In this document: positions 44,654 to 58,277 of the stretch, in pieces
Numbering within the stretch: the stretch's first letter is position 1
Layout of the letters: every line of letters starts with the position of its first letter
Source of the DNA: Octopus vulgaris
Taxonomy: Eukaryota
Assembly (NCBI GenBank): GCA_951406725.2
Contig: OX597822.1
Span: 45,074,001-45,138,000 of the forward strand
Direction of reading: 5' to 3'
DNA length: 64,000 bases
Translations under genes and position numbers: made by a program
Notes under the pieces: model-generated
Seen by the model: only the letters and a program-made list of their open reading frames with translations
What the model was told of the DNA's origin: nothing
Databases searched by the model: none

Positions 44654-44869
44654 GGATGGGTAGGAGGAGGGAAGAGAGGCAGTAAGCTACAGCGTTTTAG
44701 ATGGACGTTTTTCATGGTTACGTGGTATTATGTGTGATAGAATTTTGCTTTTGTTCTTTTCAATCTTCAACGATTTTCTCCTAAATATTGGCTTGATGTT
44801 ACTGTTATTGTAAGGGGCTACAAAGAAAGAAAAGAAGCAGGACAACAAATCCAACGAATGTCAAATGAC

Positions 44870-44972
<103 letters not shown>

Positions 44973-45036
44973 GTACTAGCTACAGCGGTACATATTCTAA
45001 AATTGGAACGGTACAGAGAAGATTAGCATGGCCACT
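44973..45036 (+). pseudogene. U6: 3'-truncated U6 snRNA retrocopy (about nt 1-64)
   Basis: gtactagctacagcggtacatattctaaaattggaacggtACAGAGAagattagcatggccact matches the U6 5' half including the ACAGAGA box; followed by an A-rich tract. Confidence 0.9.
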
Positions 45037-45046
45037 AAAAAGAAAA

Positions 45047-45462
45047 GGCGTGCTGGCAGAAACGTTAGCACGCCGGGCGAAATGCTTAGCGGTATTTCGT
45101 TTGCCGTTATGTTCTGAGTTCAAATTCCGCCGGGGTCGACTTTGCCTTTCATCCTTTCGGGGTCGATTAAATAAGTACCAGTTATGCACGGGGTCGATAT
45201 AATCGACTTAATCCGTTTGTCTGTCCTTGTTTGTCCCCTCTGTGTTTAGCCCCTTGTGGGCAGTAAAGAAACAGGTATTTCGTCTGCAATTATGTTCTGA
45301 GTTCAAATTCCGCCGAGGCCGACTTTGCCTTTCATCATTTCGGGGTCGATAAATTAAGTACCAGTTGCGTACTGGGGTCGATGTAATCGACTTAATCTCT
45401 TTGTCTGTCCTTGTTTTCTCCTCTACGTTTAGCCCCCTGTGGGCAGTAAAGAAATAAGAAAA
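45047..45462 (+). mobile_element. SINE family A tandem dimer
   Basis: Full unit with tail 1, then a second unit starting at ggtatttcgtc (about 45274), also tail 1. Confidence 0.88.
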
Positions 45463-45824
45463 CTTAAAGGGTTCAACATAACAGACCCGAAGAAAGCCAG
45501 ACGGGGGAGGTGAGTTGCAGAGGGTAGCAATTTCAGAAAAGAAACTATTTGAACTGTACTTAAAAAGTGCTTATTAAGTATCTAATAAGTGCTTTTGACT
45601 AACAGAGAGCTGAACAGAGAAACGATGCGTCTGGTAAGAATAAGGGACTCGTTTAAAGATGTAGGGATTTTGCTTAGAGGACCTTAACTAAAAGCAGTGA
45701 AGGGAAACACAAATTGTAAATTCGAGGATTTTATGTCATCTCGAAGTGTCCTGTGGGCCGTGAAATATCGTCGCCAATTCAGGTTATGACGGTTAGTCCA
45801 CTTTATAATTTTTATCATACGTAC

Positions 45825-46090
45825 ATGGTGATTGCTTCATCTTTGCAGATGATTGCCGTCTCCCCATGTACTTCCCATCAGCCATCATCAGCTCCAGACA
45901 TTTGTCTCTGACCCCCTTAGGTGGCTTTTAAGTCCAGCATTAGACTTGCTGCACGGTCTGCAGCAAACATGACAGACAAAAGATATGCTCTCTAATGGAT
46001 TTATTGGGTCATCCTTATGTACCCTCATATGCCTTTTAAGACTAGGTATTGATTTGCAGATCTTTTTGCACACCACACATGTTGTCTCAT
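45825..46090 (-). mobile_element. 3' end of an RTE-like LINE with two C2H2 zinc fingers
   Basis: CVVCKKICKSIPSLKRHMRVH and CHVC..SNAGLKSHLR, similar to fingers at 23210-23587. Confidence 0.75.
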
Positions 46091-46581
46091 CTAGTATTGA
46101 AACTGACCTTTCTTAGGTCAAAGATCCTTCCTGTAGTTTTAATTTGCAGTAGAATACTCTTTGCACAGGTCTGGAATGCATGAGTTACGAAATTCTTTAA
46201 CAAGGCATTGACAGGCATCGGGATATAGCAGAAGTGAATTGTCCATGGTGCCACGCAGGGGAACTGAACGCAAAACCGCTTGGTTGCAAAAGGGAACTTC
46301 TTAACCGCACATATCTTTTTCTCACTCTCAGCATGTCCCACCCACGCATGCCCAATAGCTAACCATCAATCTTTTCTTGTCATTCTTCAATGTGTTGACT
46401 TTCTTATTGATACGAGTGGAATAAAATATTTGCTCGTTACACAGAGAAGATGAATGTGTCCGAAACGCCATAAACCCTTGTCTTAATAGGAGACGAACTC
46501 CAGAAACTCTACGTACCTATGTCTGTACGAATGGATGGATGGATGGATGGATGGATGGATGGATGGATGGATGATAGATGG

Positions 46582-46630
<49 letters not shown>

Positions 46631-47239
46631 CGTGTGTGTGTGTGTGTGTGTATGTGTATACGTTTACGTATACATACTTTCTCTGAGGAAGAAGCTGGTG
46701 CCTGACAAAGTTACAATGCTTCACAGTTGGAATGTAGATAACGAAAACAATGTCACCCTTTAAACTTCAGAAAATTCTTGAACATATATGCATGTATGTA
46801 TGTTTGTTTGTATACATATTGGTGTTTGGGACACACAAGAAAATGTTGATACCATCATAGGGGTTAGCTGACCTGCAGATGTGAATATCTCTCTCGACAA
46901 TCAAAGAGGAAGCGAATAACTACGGACCACTACTTATACACTCAGATTATAAATTTGAATTTATTCCAATAATAATTAATGAACTTTGTTTTGCGAATAA
47001 ATGCTTAAGTGACAGTCTGATAACGCTAGGTTTTTCAGAAGGAATTAACCAGCTAACAAGCACGTGACAAAACAGTCTGTTAGTGGAACAGTAAAAATAC
47101 GCAAGACTTTTCTCAGATCCAAAGACTGGCAACGATGGAGCTTTATATATTTGTTAGGAACCAGCTATTTCTTACGGAAACACTTCAAATAATTAGAACT
47201 TAGAAGAGAACACACATTTATGAAAACGTACGTATTAAT

Positions 47240-47405
47240 AGGCGTGGGCGTGGCTGCATGATAAGGCGGTTACTTCCAAACCGCATGGCTCTGGGTTCAA
47301 TCCCACAGCGTGGAACCTTGTGTAAGTGTCTTCTACTGTAGTCTCGGACCAACGTAAGCCTTGTGAGTGGATTTGGTAGACGAAAACTGAAAGAAGCCTG
47401 TCGTA

Positions 47406-47474
<69 letters not shown>

Positions 47475-47605
47475 GGAGTAAACACATAAATGTGAAACAA
47501 GGTGGAAAAAGAGTACTCAAATACCAGTGGTAGAGTAATATGCTTTATTTTAACGAGAAACTCAGAGTAACAGATTTTGTTGAATTTTCTGCTGCTTAAA
47601 ATAAA

Positions 47606-47669
<64 letters not shown>

Positions 47670-47935
47670 ATGTATATGTATGTATATGTGTATGTATGTA
47701 TGATTGTATATATTTATGTGTGTGTCTTTGTGCCTGTGTTTCTCCCCAACCAGCGCTTGACAACCGATGTTGGTGTGTTTGCGTCCCCATAACTTAGCTG
47801 TTTGGCAAAAGAGGCCGATGGAATAAGTACTAGGCTTACAAAGAATAAGTCTTGGGGTCGATGTCCTCGCCTAAAAAACCGTTAAGGCAGTGCTTCTGCA
47901 AGGCCGCAATCTAATGAATGAAAGAAGTAAAAAAA
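47240..47935 (+). mobile_element. SINE family B with a short insertion (about 47472-47607) in its internal (TA)n
   Basis: Family B head and tail flank the insertion. Confidence 0.8.
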
Positions 47936-48568
47936 ATAAAGATTAAAAGGAAATATATATATATACATACACACATACGTATATACATGTATATAAGTGA
48001 GCGAGTGTGTGTATGTGTGGATGAATGGATATATGTATACATACATACGGATGGAAAACCACACACACGCAAGCACATAGACACGTGTGTGCGTATGTGT
48101 GTGTACGTATATGTGTATATATATATATGTGTATGTGTGTATCTATGTGTATGTATATATACACATTGAAAACATAAAGGAAAACCTACTCGGTTAGACA
48201 GCATGTGATTCACGTAGCCATAGATGTAAATCCGTGGCTACGTGGATTAAATCAAAATTAAAAACCAAAAACAAACTAACAAATACATATAGAAGCAGAT
48301 GTGTGTATGCGTGTGCGCCTGCGTGCGCGTATGTACGTGTCTGTATGCGTGCGCATGAGTCTCAATGTATCTGAGAGGAATTCCATACACAAATAAAGAA
48401 TTTTTGAATAAATGCCAATGTCTGCACGGACAGCAGACAGCAGACTAGATTCGAGATAATCCACATCTTATTCGGTTTAGGCTTCTCTAATTTCCTACAT
48501 GTCAACGTCTAAACAATAGACAAGATATTCTACACACACAAAGTCACATCTATCTATCTATCTATCTA

Positions 48569-48642
<74 letters not shown>

Positions 48643-48684
48643 CATATATATATATACATATGTATAAATATATACATATATATA

Positions 48685-48730
<46 letters not shown>

Positions 48731-48763
48731 CATACATACATATATACATATATATATGTATAA

Positions 48764-48862
<99 letters not shown>

Positions 48863-50121
48863 TAGTCTCTCACGCACACATATATCTCTCTAGCCCTCTA
48901 TATCGTTGCTATTATGTCAAACTGTTGTATGTCCAAATTTGGCCAAATGCGTGTTTTTTTCTTCTTTTTTTTTCGTTTTCAATATTTAATTTTGCTTGCA
49001 ATAGCCGGTTCTTTTAGTCAAACTATCGTATCTCCAGCTGCTTCAGATAAAAGTTGTCAAAGTTTAGTACAATGGTTTAGAATTTTCAAAAGTGTAGTAA
49101 GTCCCACAGACGACAGTTTTGCAAAAATATTTCCGACTGAAAATATCATACATGCGTAGAGTTACGATTTTATGCACCCAACAGGGTATTATTGTTAGGC
49201 AGAAACGGTTGCTGATGTAAAAAGGAATGGAATTGTGAAACTATTTTTTCGTTTCCTGAAAAAGCAACCTTCTGGACTTACAACACTTATGCATAATAGC
49301 AATGTTTTATATATATATATTTATATGGCCCAGCTTACGACGACCAGTGTTTCAGTTGATACGATCAACCAAACAGCCTGATTTACAGACACGCACGCTC
49401 TTAACATAGTTATCAAGAAGATTCCACGCGGCACAGTGGAACAAGTTTGTCCCTTTCAAAATACAAGTACAACACATTTTTGCCAGTCGAATGAAATGGA
49501 GCAGCGTAAACTAAAGTGTCTTGCTCGAGGAGACAACACGCCGCTTAATCAACGACCAAAAGAATGAGATAAGGTAAGCTTCAAAAAGACCGGATTCCTG
49601 AGCGTATGTCTTCGCACTCATTAGTGACCACTGCCAGTTAGATCGCGGTTATAGTGTTCTTTCACAAACGTGAACTAACTCGGAGCTGATAGAGTAAATC
49701 AATGATGCTTAATGTGATCAACAGTGAGGGTGCTGCCTTTGAAATAGCAGCTGCTCAAAGAGAAAGAGAGCGGTCAGTTTTCTTTAGGCGCTTACGTTGT
49801 CCAGTTTTACTGAGAGGCTAGAATGGAATTTCTGAGGCAGCTTGAAAGCAGCCAATACGCGAGGAAGTGTAAATATTTACATAAAGGATATAAACTTATT
49901 GCTATTTTGTATACTTACATTCTTATTTCTATTCTCATTTTCACACGCGATGTACATAACACGAATCTTAAGTAATCAGCCTCGCTAATGTCCTCGAAAC
50001 TCTTGCCCTTCTGGCAAAGAAAAGTAATTAGAAATGTTGTTGTTGTTGTTGCTGTTCTTCTTCTTCTTCTTCTTATTATTATTATTATTATCATCATCAT
50101 CATCATCATCATCATTATTAT

Positions 50122-50190
50122 TATTCAGGTAACTGCCTGGAATCGAACTCGGAATCTTGGGATTCGTAGTCCACGCTCATAACCACTACT
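50122..50190 (-). mobile_element. tRNA-like SINE head followed by (TAA)n; probable 5' part of the hammerhead repeat
   Basis: Minus strand gtagtggttatgagcg..gagttcgattccaggcagttACCTGAATAATAA; same ACCTGAATAATAA at 3655-3667. Confidence 0.7.
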
Positions 50191-50567
50191 GTTGTTTTCA
50201 TTACGATGCCACAATAAAGCAACATTTAAATAGACGAGAAAAAATCTTTATGTCTTGCTAAATACCCTGTATCTGTCTCCACATCCTGTTTTACCGCCAT
50301 CATCACAAATCCTTGATAGAATTTACGTTTTATGAAACAAAATATTCAACAACATTATCCCTATCAAAATGGTGTAAGTTTTCAGCTATTTCCTGTTTAT
50401 ACAAATCTTTTATCTCTCTCTCCTCTCTCTCCCTCTCTCTCTCCCTCTCTCTCCCTCTCTCCCTCTCTTTCTCTCCGTTTTTCTCTAGCCTAACGAAGTA
50501 TCGCACTCAATCTGTTTACATTTTCAATAACGTAATGTTTGCGTATTATTTTCACAAACGTAAACAT

Positions 50568-50650
<83 letters not shown>

Positions 50651-50698
50651 ATATATACATATATTTATATATATATATATATGATATATATATATGTA

Positions 50699-50772
<74 letters not shown>

Positions 50773-50969
50773 TTGATTGTATAACTATATATGTCAGTGT
50801 GTGTGCGTGCGTGTGAGTGTGAATAAATCTATTCACTGCGGAATATTAATATATTCACGCGAGTGTTTGAACAGCGAAAATCTTTACATAAATACGCAAA
50901 TACTTATTTTAATAAATTTTCTTTTTTAATTATTGCTACGTTCAAGACTAGAATTGTCACATATTTTAC

Positions 50970-51027
<58 letters not shown>

Positions 51028-51191
51028 ATATACACCAGTTGATCCTGTCTCCTCTCATCACCCTCGAAATTCTACGGATTCCACCTGTCTTCTCTCATCA
51101 CCGACCAACTTCTACTGGACTTTCTACACTTCAGCTGCACCTCTCCTGCCTATGGATTACACTGGACTCCTCTGTCTCTGTGTGTGTATAT

Positions 51192-51253
<62 letters not shown>

Positions 51254-51273
51254 GTATATATATATATGCCCAA

Positions 51274-51650
51274 GGCGGTGAGCTGGCAGAAACGTTAGCA
51301 CGCAGGGTGAAATGCTTAGCGGTATTTCGTCTGCCGCTACGTTCTGAGTTCAAATTCCGCCGAGGTCGACTTTGCCTTTAAGTACCAGTTACGCACTAGG
51401 GTCGATATAATCGACTTAAACCCTTTGTCTGTCCCTGTTCGTCCCCTCTGTGTTTAGCCTCTTGTGGGTAGTAAAGAAATAGGTATTTTGTCTGTCTTTC
51501 CATTCTGAGTTCAGATTCCACCGAGGTCGCCTTTGACTCTCATCCTTTGGGGGTCGATAAATTAAGTATCAGTTGCGTACCGGAATCGATCTATTCGACT
51601 GGCCCACTCCCCCAAAATTTCGGACCTTGTGCCTACAGCAGATAAGAATA
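51274..51650 (+). mobile_element. SINE family A tandem dimer (tail 1 then tail 2)
   Basis: Second unit starts at ggtattttgtc (about 51482). Confidence 0.85.
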
Positions 51651-51670
51651 TATATAAGTTTATATATATG

Positions 51671-51733
<63 letters not shown>

Positions 51734-52309
51734 TATATACTTTTATTATTCCATTCGTTTCAGCCATGTGGCTGCGATCATGCTGGAGCACCACCATGTT
51801 TTTTGGGGGTTTTTTTATACATCATTCTTCTTCAACTGATTTCTTCAGTTTGGTGCGATTTCATGTCACCACTCCTCTATGTGATTTGGTCTTATACGTA
51901 TACATATGTGTATGTGTGTGTGTGTTATGTGTGTGTGTGTGTGTGTCTGTGTTTGTCCCCCACCATCGTTTGACAACCGATGCTGGTGTGTTTACACCCC
52001 AAAAGTGACCTATTGAATAAGTACTAGGCTTGGAAATTAATATAAATTTAGAAGGCGTTCTGAATTTAGCCCTAGGCTCAGTGAGATCCACTAATGAACA
52101 TTTAATTGCAAAATCATCGATGATCTGGCTATATCTGCTGCTGTAGGGAGCTTGCCACCTTTGTTAATCATTAAGACAATGCTTTCTGTAGCTATTGGGT
52201 TATTTTGACTGTTATTTCTAGCAATACTGCCGCTGGTTAATGCCCTTTGTCACTTTAATGACGTATATATTTGTGCCTTTAGGTTGTAAAAGTGCGAATT
52301 AGCCACCCA

Positions 52310-52562
52310 GGCGCAGGAGCAGCTGTGTGGTAAGAAGCTTGCTTTCCAACCACATGGTTCCGGGTTCAATCTCACTGCGTGACACCTTGGACAAGTATCT
52401 TCTACTACAGCCTTGGGACTACCAAAGCCTTGTGAATGGATTTGGCAGACGGGAACTCCAAGAAGATTTATATATGCATGTATTCCTGTGTCTGTGTTTG
52501 TCCCCACACCATCGCTTGACAACAGTTTTTGGTCTCCCCGTAACTTGGCGGTTCGGCAAAAG
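52310..52562 (+). mobile_element. SINE family B, truncated by a hammerhead-bearing insertion
   Basis: Head ggcgcaggagcagctgtgtggtaag; ends gcggttcggcaaaag. Confidence 0.8.
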
Positions 52563-52742
52563 TCCTCTGTTGGACTTTTGGATTTTACTCTAAGGATTTT
52601 GGAATATTGTATATATACCATTATGCCTATAAAAGTGATTTATAACTTCAATACCCATACATATCTTACATCTATTTTCTTTCCTCCACCTCACTCTCTA
52701 TTTTGTATGACATCTAAACTAACTTAATTTTCCTCTCACACC

Positions 52743-52794
52743 GTCTCCGATGAAAGGATATTATTAATTAATATCCTAGAAACAGCTGTAAGAC
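52743..52794 (+). ncRNA. minimal type I hammerhead motif in a Penelope-LTR-like segment (about 52563-52862)
   Basis: GTCT-CCGATGA-A-AGGATATT-attaatt-AATATCCT-A-GAAAC-AGCT-GTA-AGAC. Confidence 0.75.
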
Positions 52795-52862
52795 CTATCT
52801 ATAAATGCTCTAGTATCTATACAGCCTTGTTTTTTTTCTAACTTATTATGCAAAAATTTTTC

Positions 52863-52953
<91 letters not shown>

Positions 52954-52958
52954 ATATA

Positions 52959-53736
52959 GGCGCAGGAGTGGCTGTGTGGTAAGTAGCATGCTTACCGATA
53001 GGGAAACCGTCTTGCACGCATTCGTGAAGTGTCCGGAGTTATCGGGACTGATAGCTTTTGCCGAACAACTGTTGTCAATGATGGGAAGAGTACAGCTATC
53101 AGCTGAGTCTATCATCGAGATTGTGCCGCCTCCTTTCCTTAACAGGGAAAGAAAGGCTTGTTTTTTCTGTGTAGTAGCCATACTGAAAGAAACAGTATGG
53201 AAGACGCGTACGAAAGGTATAGTGACAGGCACCTTTGTCTCCGGCCAGGGGTTGATTAACTTTTTTAGTTACCACCTCAGTAGCAAAATCAGGCTGGAGA
53301 AGAGGTGTCTGTCACGAGATATGTTTGTGAAAAGATGGAAGCCTGTGGCATGCAAGCTGGGTATGTTTGGCACCAGGTAAGTGTGACCGGATCAAAAAGT
53401 AAAGGTCCTACCCGGATGGCTGGATATCTGTCCTTCGACATGATCATTAAGTAATAGTTTTAAACATTGTCTTCGTAAAATTCATTATTTATAATCTTAT
53501 CCGTAATTTCATTCGAAAATTTTAACTGTGTTAAGCTACTTCACCCTTTATATTTGTCTGTCCTTGTTTGTCCCCTCTTTGTAAATGCCTAAATGGCAAA
53601 TTATATGAAATAAAGTAGCACGCTTACCAACCACATGGTTCCGGGTTCAGTTCTACTTTGTGGCACCTTGGGCGAGTGATAGACTCAGACCGACCAAAGC
53701 CTTGGGAGTGGATTTGGTAGACGGAAACTGTATATG

Positions 53737-53773
<37 letters not shown>

Positions 53774-53993
53774 CTGTGTTTGTCACCCGCCCACCACCAC
53801 CACCACCACCACCACCAACATTGCTTGAAAACCGATGCTGGTGTATTTATGTCCCTGTAACATAGCGGTTCGGCAAAAGAGACCGATTGAATAAGTATTA
53901 GGCTAACAAACAATAAGTCCTGGGGCTGGTTTGCTCGACTAAAGACGGTGCTCCAGCATGGCCACAGTCACATGCCTGAAACAAGTAAAAGAG
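52959..53993 (+). mobile_element. SINE family B interrupted in its head by a LINE fragment
   Basis: Head 52959-52996 resumes at about 53613. Confidence 0.85.
52997..53612 (+). mobile_element. 3' fragment of a Tx1/L1-like LINE with 16-bp TSD
   Basis: ETVLHAFVKCP, KETVWKTR, LINFFSYHL..FVKRW; TSD aagtagca(t/c)gcttacc. Confidence 0.85.
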
Positions 53994-54014
53994 TAATATA
54001 TATATACAGATATT

Positions 54015-54080
<66 letters not shown>

Positions 54081-54397
54081 ATTATATATATTCGTACTGC
54101 ATGGGTGACGTTGCTTCTTTCAGAACATCGTTTGTTTTCTAAGTTTCATTAGGGAAGTGACAACTATTCTAATGTGAAGGCAAGATTTCTGCTTAGAAAA
54201 TTTCCAACCCTATTCAAAGAATATGAATGAATGCATTCATAAAATACTTAGTATTCTGCATCGAGTTTCTTGATAACTGAGGACTAACAAGGTTATACAC
54301 AAGCACACACACATGCACACACGCGCACGTGCACACACAAACACACATATATATATATATACACACATATATTTACATATACATGCATGTACATATG

Positions 54398-54465
<68 letters not shown>

Positions 54466-56064
54466 TGTGTGTCTACCTCTGTGTGTGTCTCTCTCGCTAT
54501 ATATATAATTGTATGTGTGTGTATGTATATAAATGTACGTTCGTACGTATGTATGTATGTATATACACATATTTATATATAATGAATGTGTAATAAAATG
54601 ATGTCTCATTACGTATTATCATGTTATTTTAGGTTCATTTTTGTGTAGTTAATCTACATCTTGGAAACAGCAAGAACTCCTTCGAAGACATTCGCATAGA
54701 TCTTTATAAAGAATATATCTATATCTACAGTAGTTTCTGTGTTGAGTTATTTTGTTTACTATTGTTAGCAGTTTGCATGCTTCCTTGTTCACATATTCGT
54801 CATTAATAATATTTCGGAGTGCGGCACAGTTTAGACTACATGATCGCTTCCTCATTTTGCCTTTCATTGCTTCTGTCATCCTTTTCCATTACATCTGAAT
54901 TCACCTGTGGATTTTGGACTTCATAAGGAATACTTATCGCTAGAATTTTGTGTTTCTGCTTAGTTCTGCAATGGTAGATTTGTACTGAGTTGTGTTGTTC
55001 TTATTCGAGTGTATGATGATTAGTATTAAACAATTTTAAGCACTTTTTGTCGCTATAAAAGGGCTAAACGGTGGGTTGAACCAGGTGATATTACTATTTC
55101 TTAGTTATAGGAAATTTCGCCGTTTCGAATGACCTCATCACGTATTTTTAATGTTTGATCTTGAATAAAGCGTTGTCTATTTAATGCTCTAATAAAACAT
55201 ATCATTCTTTTCTATATTTTATTTTAAAAGATGCCGATGTAATACGCTTTTATATATAGTTACACATGTGGCGATTCTCTAAAGATTAACTTCTATGATT
55301 AGTCTTCGTGTCGTGTCTAGGAAATTTGCGACGGATAGAAGAGTATTTGTTGATTATTCTGAGAATGAATACATTAAGGACATCTATTAGTTTTCCTTTA
55401 AATGCATCTGGCTCATGTCCGCTCGACCTTCAAGAGATTGCTAGGCCAGCGTTACTGCATATTCTTACATTAATTTGATCACGTGGTTAGCTTAGTTTAT
55501 AATTTTGATTAAATATGTTGTTCAGTTTATACTAACATGTGCGGACCTTCTGGTTTGTGACTGTTACGTTGTCACATAATTACATATGGTAAACTATTCA
55601 ATTCCCTTCTTTAACAAGTTACGGTAAATAAGAAGCGACTCATTCTTTCACATTATTGAATTTATCATCTTGATGGATGGCGGCCGCGAATCTTTACCTT
55701 TAGCCCAATGCTTATGACATGGAAGGGTTCCAAAACACAGACAGAATTTAGCAACGTTGACTTGTTTGTATTTCCATAAGTTCTTTTGATATTTTATCGG
55801 GTTTATGTAAGCATTAATCTCTGCCGCTTTCTGCACTGTGTATGTGCGCTGGGAGGACGTCGAGTATGTATGTGTGTCACACGTTGATACTGCGTGGGAA
55901 TTACGATACAAATACACGTGGCTTTGAACGGTTCCGTTCCGTACAGGTTAATTCAAGAGCAGATAATTCAGTCAATCGAATAATTGAACCAGCTTCGTCG
56001 AACGACAGAGATCTCGCAACTCACTCATATACACACACTCACAAAAATATATGTACATACATGC

Positions 56065-56137
<73 letters not shown>

Positions 56138-56166
56138 CAGAGAGACAGAGAGACAGACAGACAGAC

Positions 56167-56254
<88 letters not shown>

Positions 56255-56256
<2 letters not shown>

Positions 56257-57539
56257 CTTCCTTTCTTGGCCGCACGGGGCTAAACAGAGGGGCCAAATAC
56301 AATTATAGAGCTTTTCTTTTCGAAAATGAAAAACAAAAAGGGAAAATTGAGAAAAACTGTAAAATTCCGATCAAAAGGGATCGTGTATCACAGAAGAATA
56401 TTAAAAATGTAAAAAGCAAGATTAGGTTTATCCGTGGAAAGAAAAGACCAAGGTAACCTCAAGCAGGGGTGTTTTGCAACCACAAACGTAGTAGTTCGGC
56501 TTTCTTCCTTTGACGGCTACATGCAAGCTCGAATCCTCTGTCAATTGGATTTGGTGGGGAATTTTTTTCGAAATTCACAGGATCGATCTGAGCAAGAATC
56601 TCGACTTCTTGGCCAATCCAGTTTTACTGGTTCTGGGCAGCGGTTTCCAATATATGGATTTCATCCTCGATGTCATAGCAAATGGCGGACACGGGCCATA
56701 TTATTTCAATTTCGGTGAGGGGCACATTTATATGTTAATTTTTGTGACCCTACGACCACGGTATGTAGGGATCATGAAGAGATTTTCATGTTGAAAGGAC
56801 CTTGTGGAGAGGTCCTTGGCTCGCTCTTCGCTGTCAAATCTTACTTAGATCGTCGCAAACCTGTTTACCCTCGTTATGCAGTCTTTAAAGGCCCATAGGG
56901 GTCTTAAACATTTTCCACATTTTCATGAGTGGATGTTTCATGTACTTCTGTTTTCGAGTTGAGTGTCTTGTAAATGATTGGGTTTTTTTGCGATATTTTT
57001 TATAATGCTATCAGGTGTCTGTAACTCAATGTTGACTTCATTTTTTGTAAACTTTTCTTTGCAGGCAAGTAATTCTTCTTTGGAAAAATGCATTATTCAT
57101 TTCTTTGTCTTCAAAGCCGCGACAAAATTGTTATCGGTATTCGTGTTGGTTGTGGCGGTGATGGCTGTGGTGATGGTAGCAGTGGTGCAAGTATTGATTA
57201 TAGTAGCAGAGCATTCGTACCTTCTAAGGCCTGTGTGCGTTCACGCGGAACGGCTTTGCTTCCAGCTTCCTTCACCACTAGCATTGGTAGAGGCGGGAAG
57301 TCGGTCTTATGGTTTCGCTTACCCATTTTTTTTTAGAAATATGGCAAGGAAATCGAAGAAAATAGAAATGTAAATAGGGTTGAAACTGCCCCTATGGGGT
57401 TAATTCCTCCCTTGGAAACACACTCAAACGAATGCTGGGTGCTTTACACACCTTGTGTGCAAAAATTGAAACAAAATGTGCGCAATAGAAGGTCGAAAAA
57501 AGGGGTTACCTGCGGAGCCGATCCAACATCACGTCAGTC
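56255..57539 (-). mobile_element. internally deleted Tx1-like element in (GATA)n
   Basis: 3' UTR similar to 33170-33420 and 62976-63320; remaining part looks like 5' UTR/ORF1 remnant; (GATA)n on both sides. Confidence 0.75.
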
Positions 57540-57617
<78 letters not shown>

Positions 57618-57812
57618 CAGATAGATAGATAGACAGAATTATGTATTTACAATATATACACACATACACATAACTCTGCAACTCTTCCTTATTTTGCAGT
57701 GGAAATTCTTAAAGTAGGTCAACATTATCGTCATTCTTATCGCCATCATTCACTTAGATACACACATATACATGTATACATATATATATATACGTGTGTG
57801 CGTGTACATATA

Positions 57813-58210
57813 CTCTTTTACTCTTTTACTTGTTTCAGTCATTTGACTGCAGCCATGCTGGAGCACCGCCTTTAATCGAGCAACTCGACCCCGGGACTTA
57901 TTCTTTTTGTAAGCCCAGTACTTATTCTATCGGTCTCTTTTGCCGAACCGCTGAGTAACGGGGACATAAACACACCAGCATCGGTTGTCAAGCAATGCTA
58001 GGGGGACAAACACAGCCACACAAACACATACACACACATATATATATATATATATACGACAGGCTTCTTTCAGTTTCCGTCTACCAAATCCACTCACAAG
58101 GCATTGGTCGGCCCGGGGCTATAGCAGAAGACACTTGCCCAAGATGCCACGCAGTGGACTGAACCCGGAACCATTTGGTTGGTTAGCAAGCTACTTACCA
58201 CACAGCCACT

Positions 58211-58212
<2 letters not shown>
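57813..58212 (-). mobile_element. near-complete SINE family B
   Basis: Full head-to-tail match ending in gtaaaagagtaaaagag repeats on the minus strand. Confidence 0.9.

Positions 58213-58277
<65 letters not shown>

Noticed and set aside
44973-45036. Functional U6 gene
   Set aside because: 3' third missing, several substitutions, upstream is microsatellite rather than a promoter
49020-49200. Mariner HTH-like QWFRIFKS
   Set aside because: Short match without TIRs or catalytic motifs
49600-49880. Cluster of Pbx/Hox, TCF and Fox-like motifs as an enhancer
   Set aside because: Short motifs expected by chance; no conservation or chromatin data
54640-55600. Possible highly decayed minus-strand RLE LINE
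   Set aside because: Only a faint DHVV/NC knuckle-like trace; too weak to call
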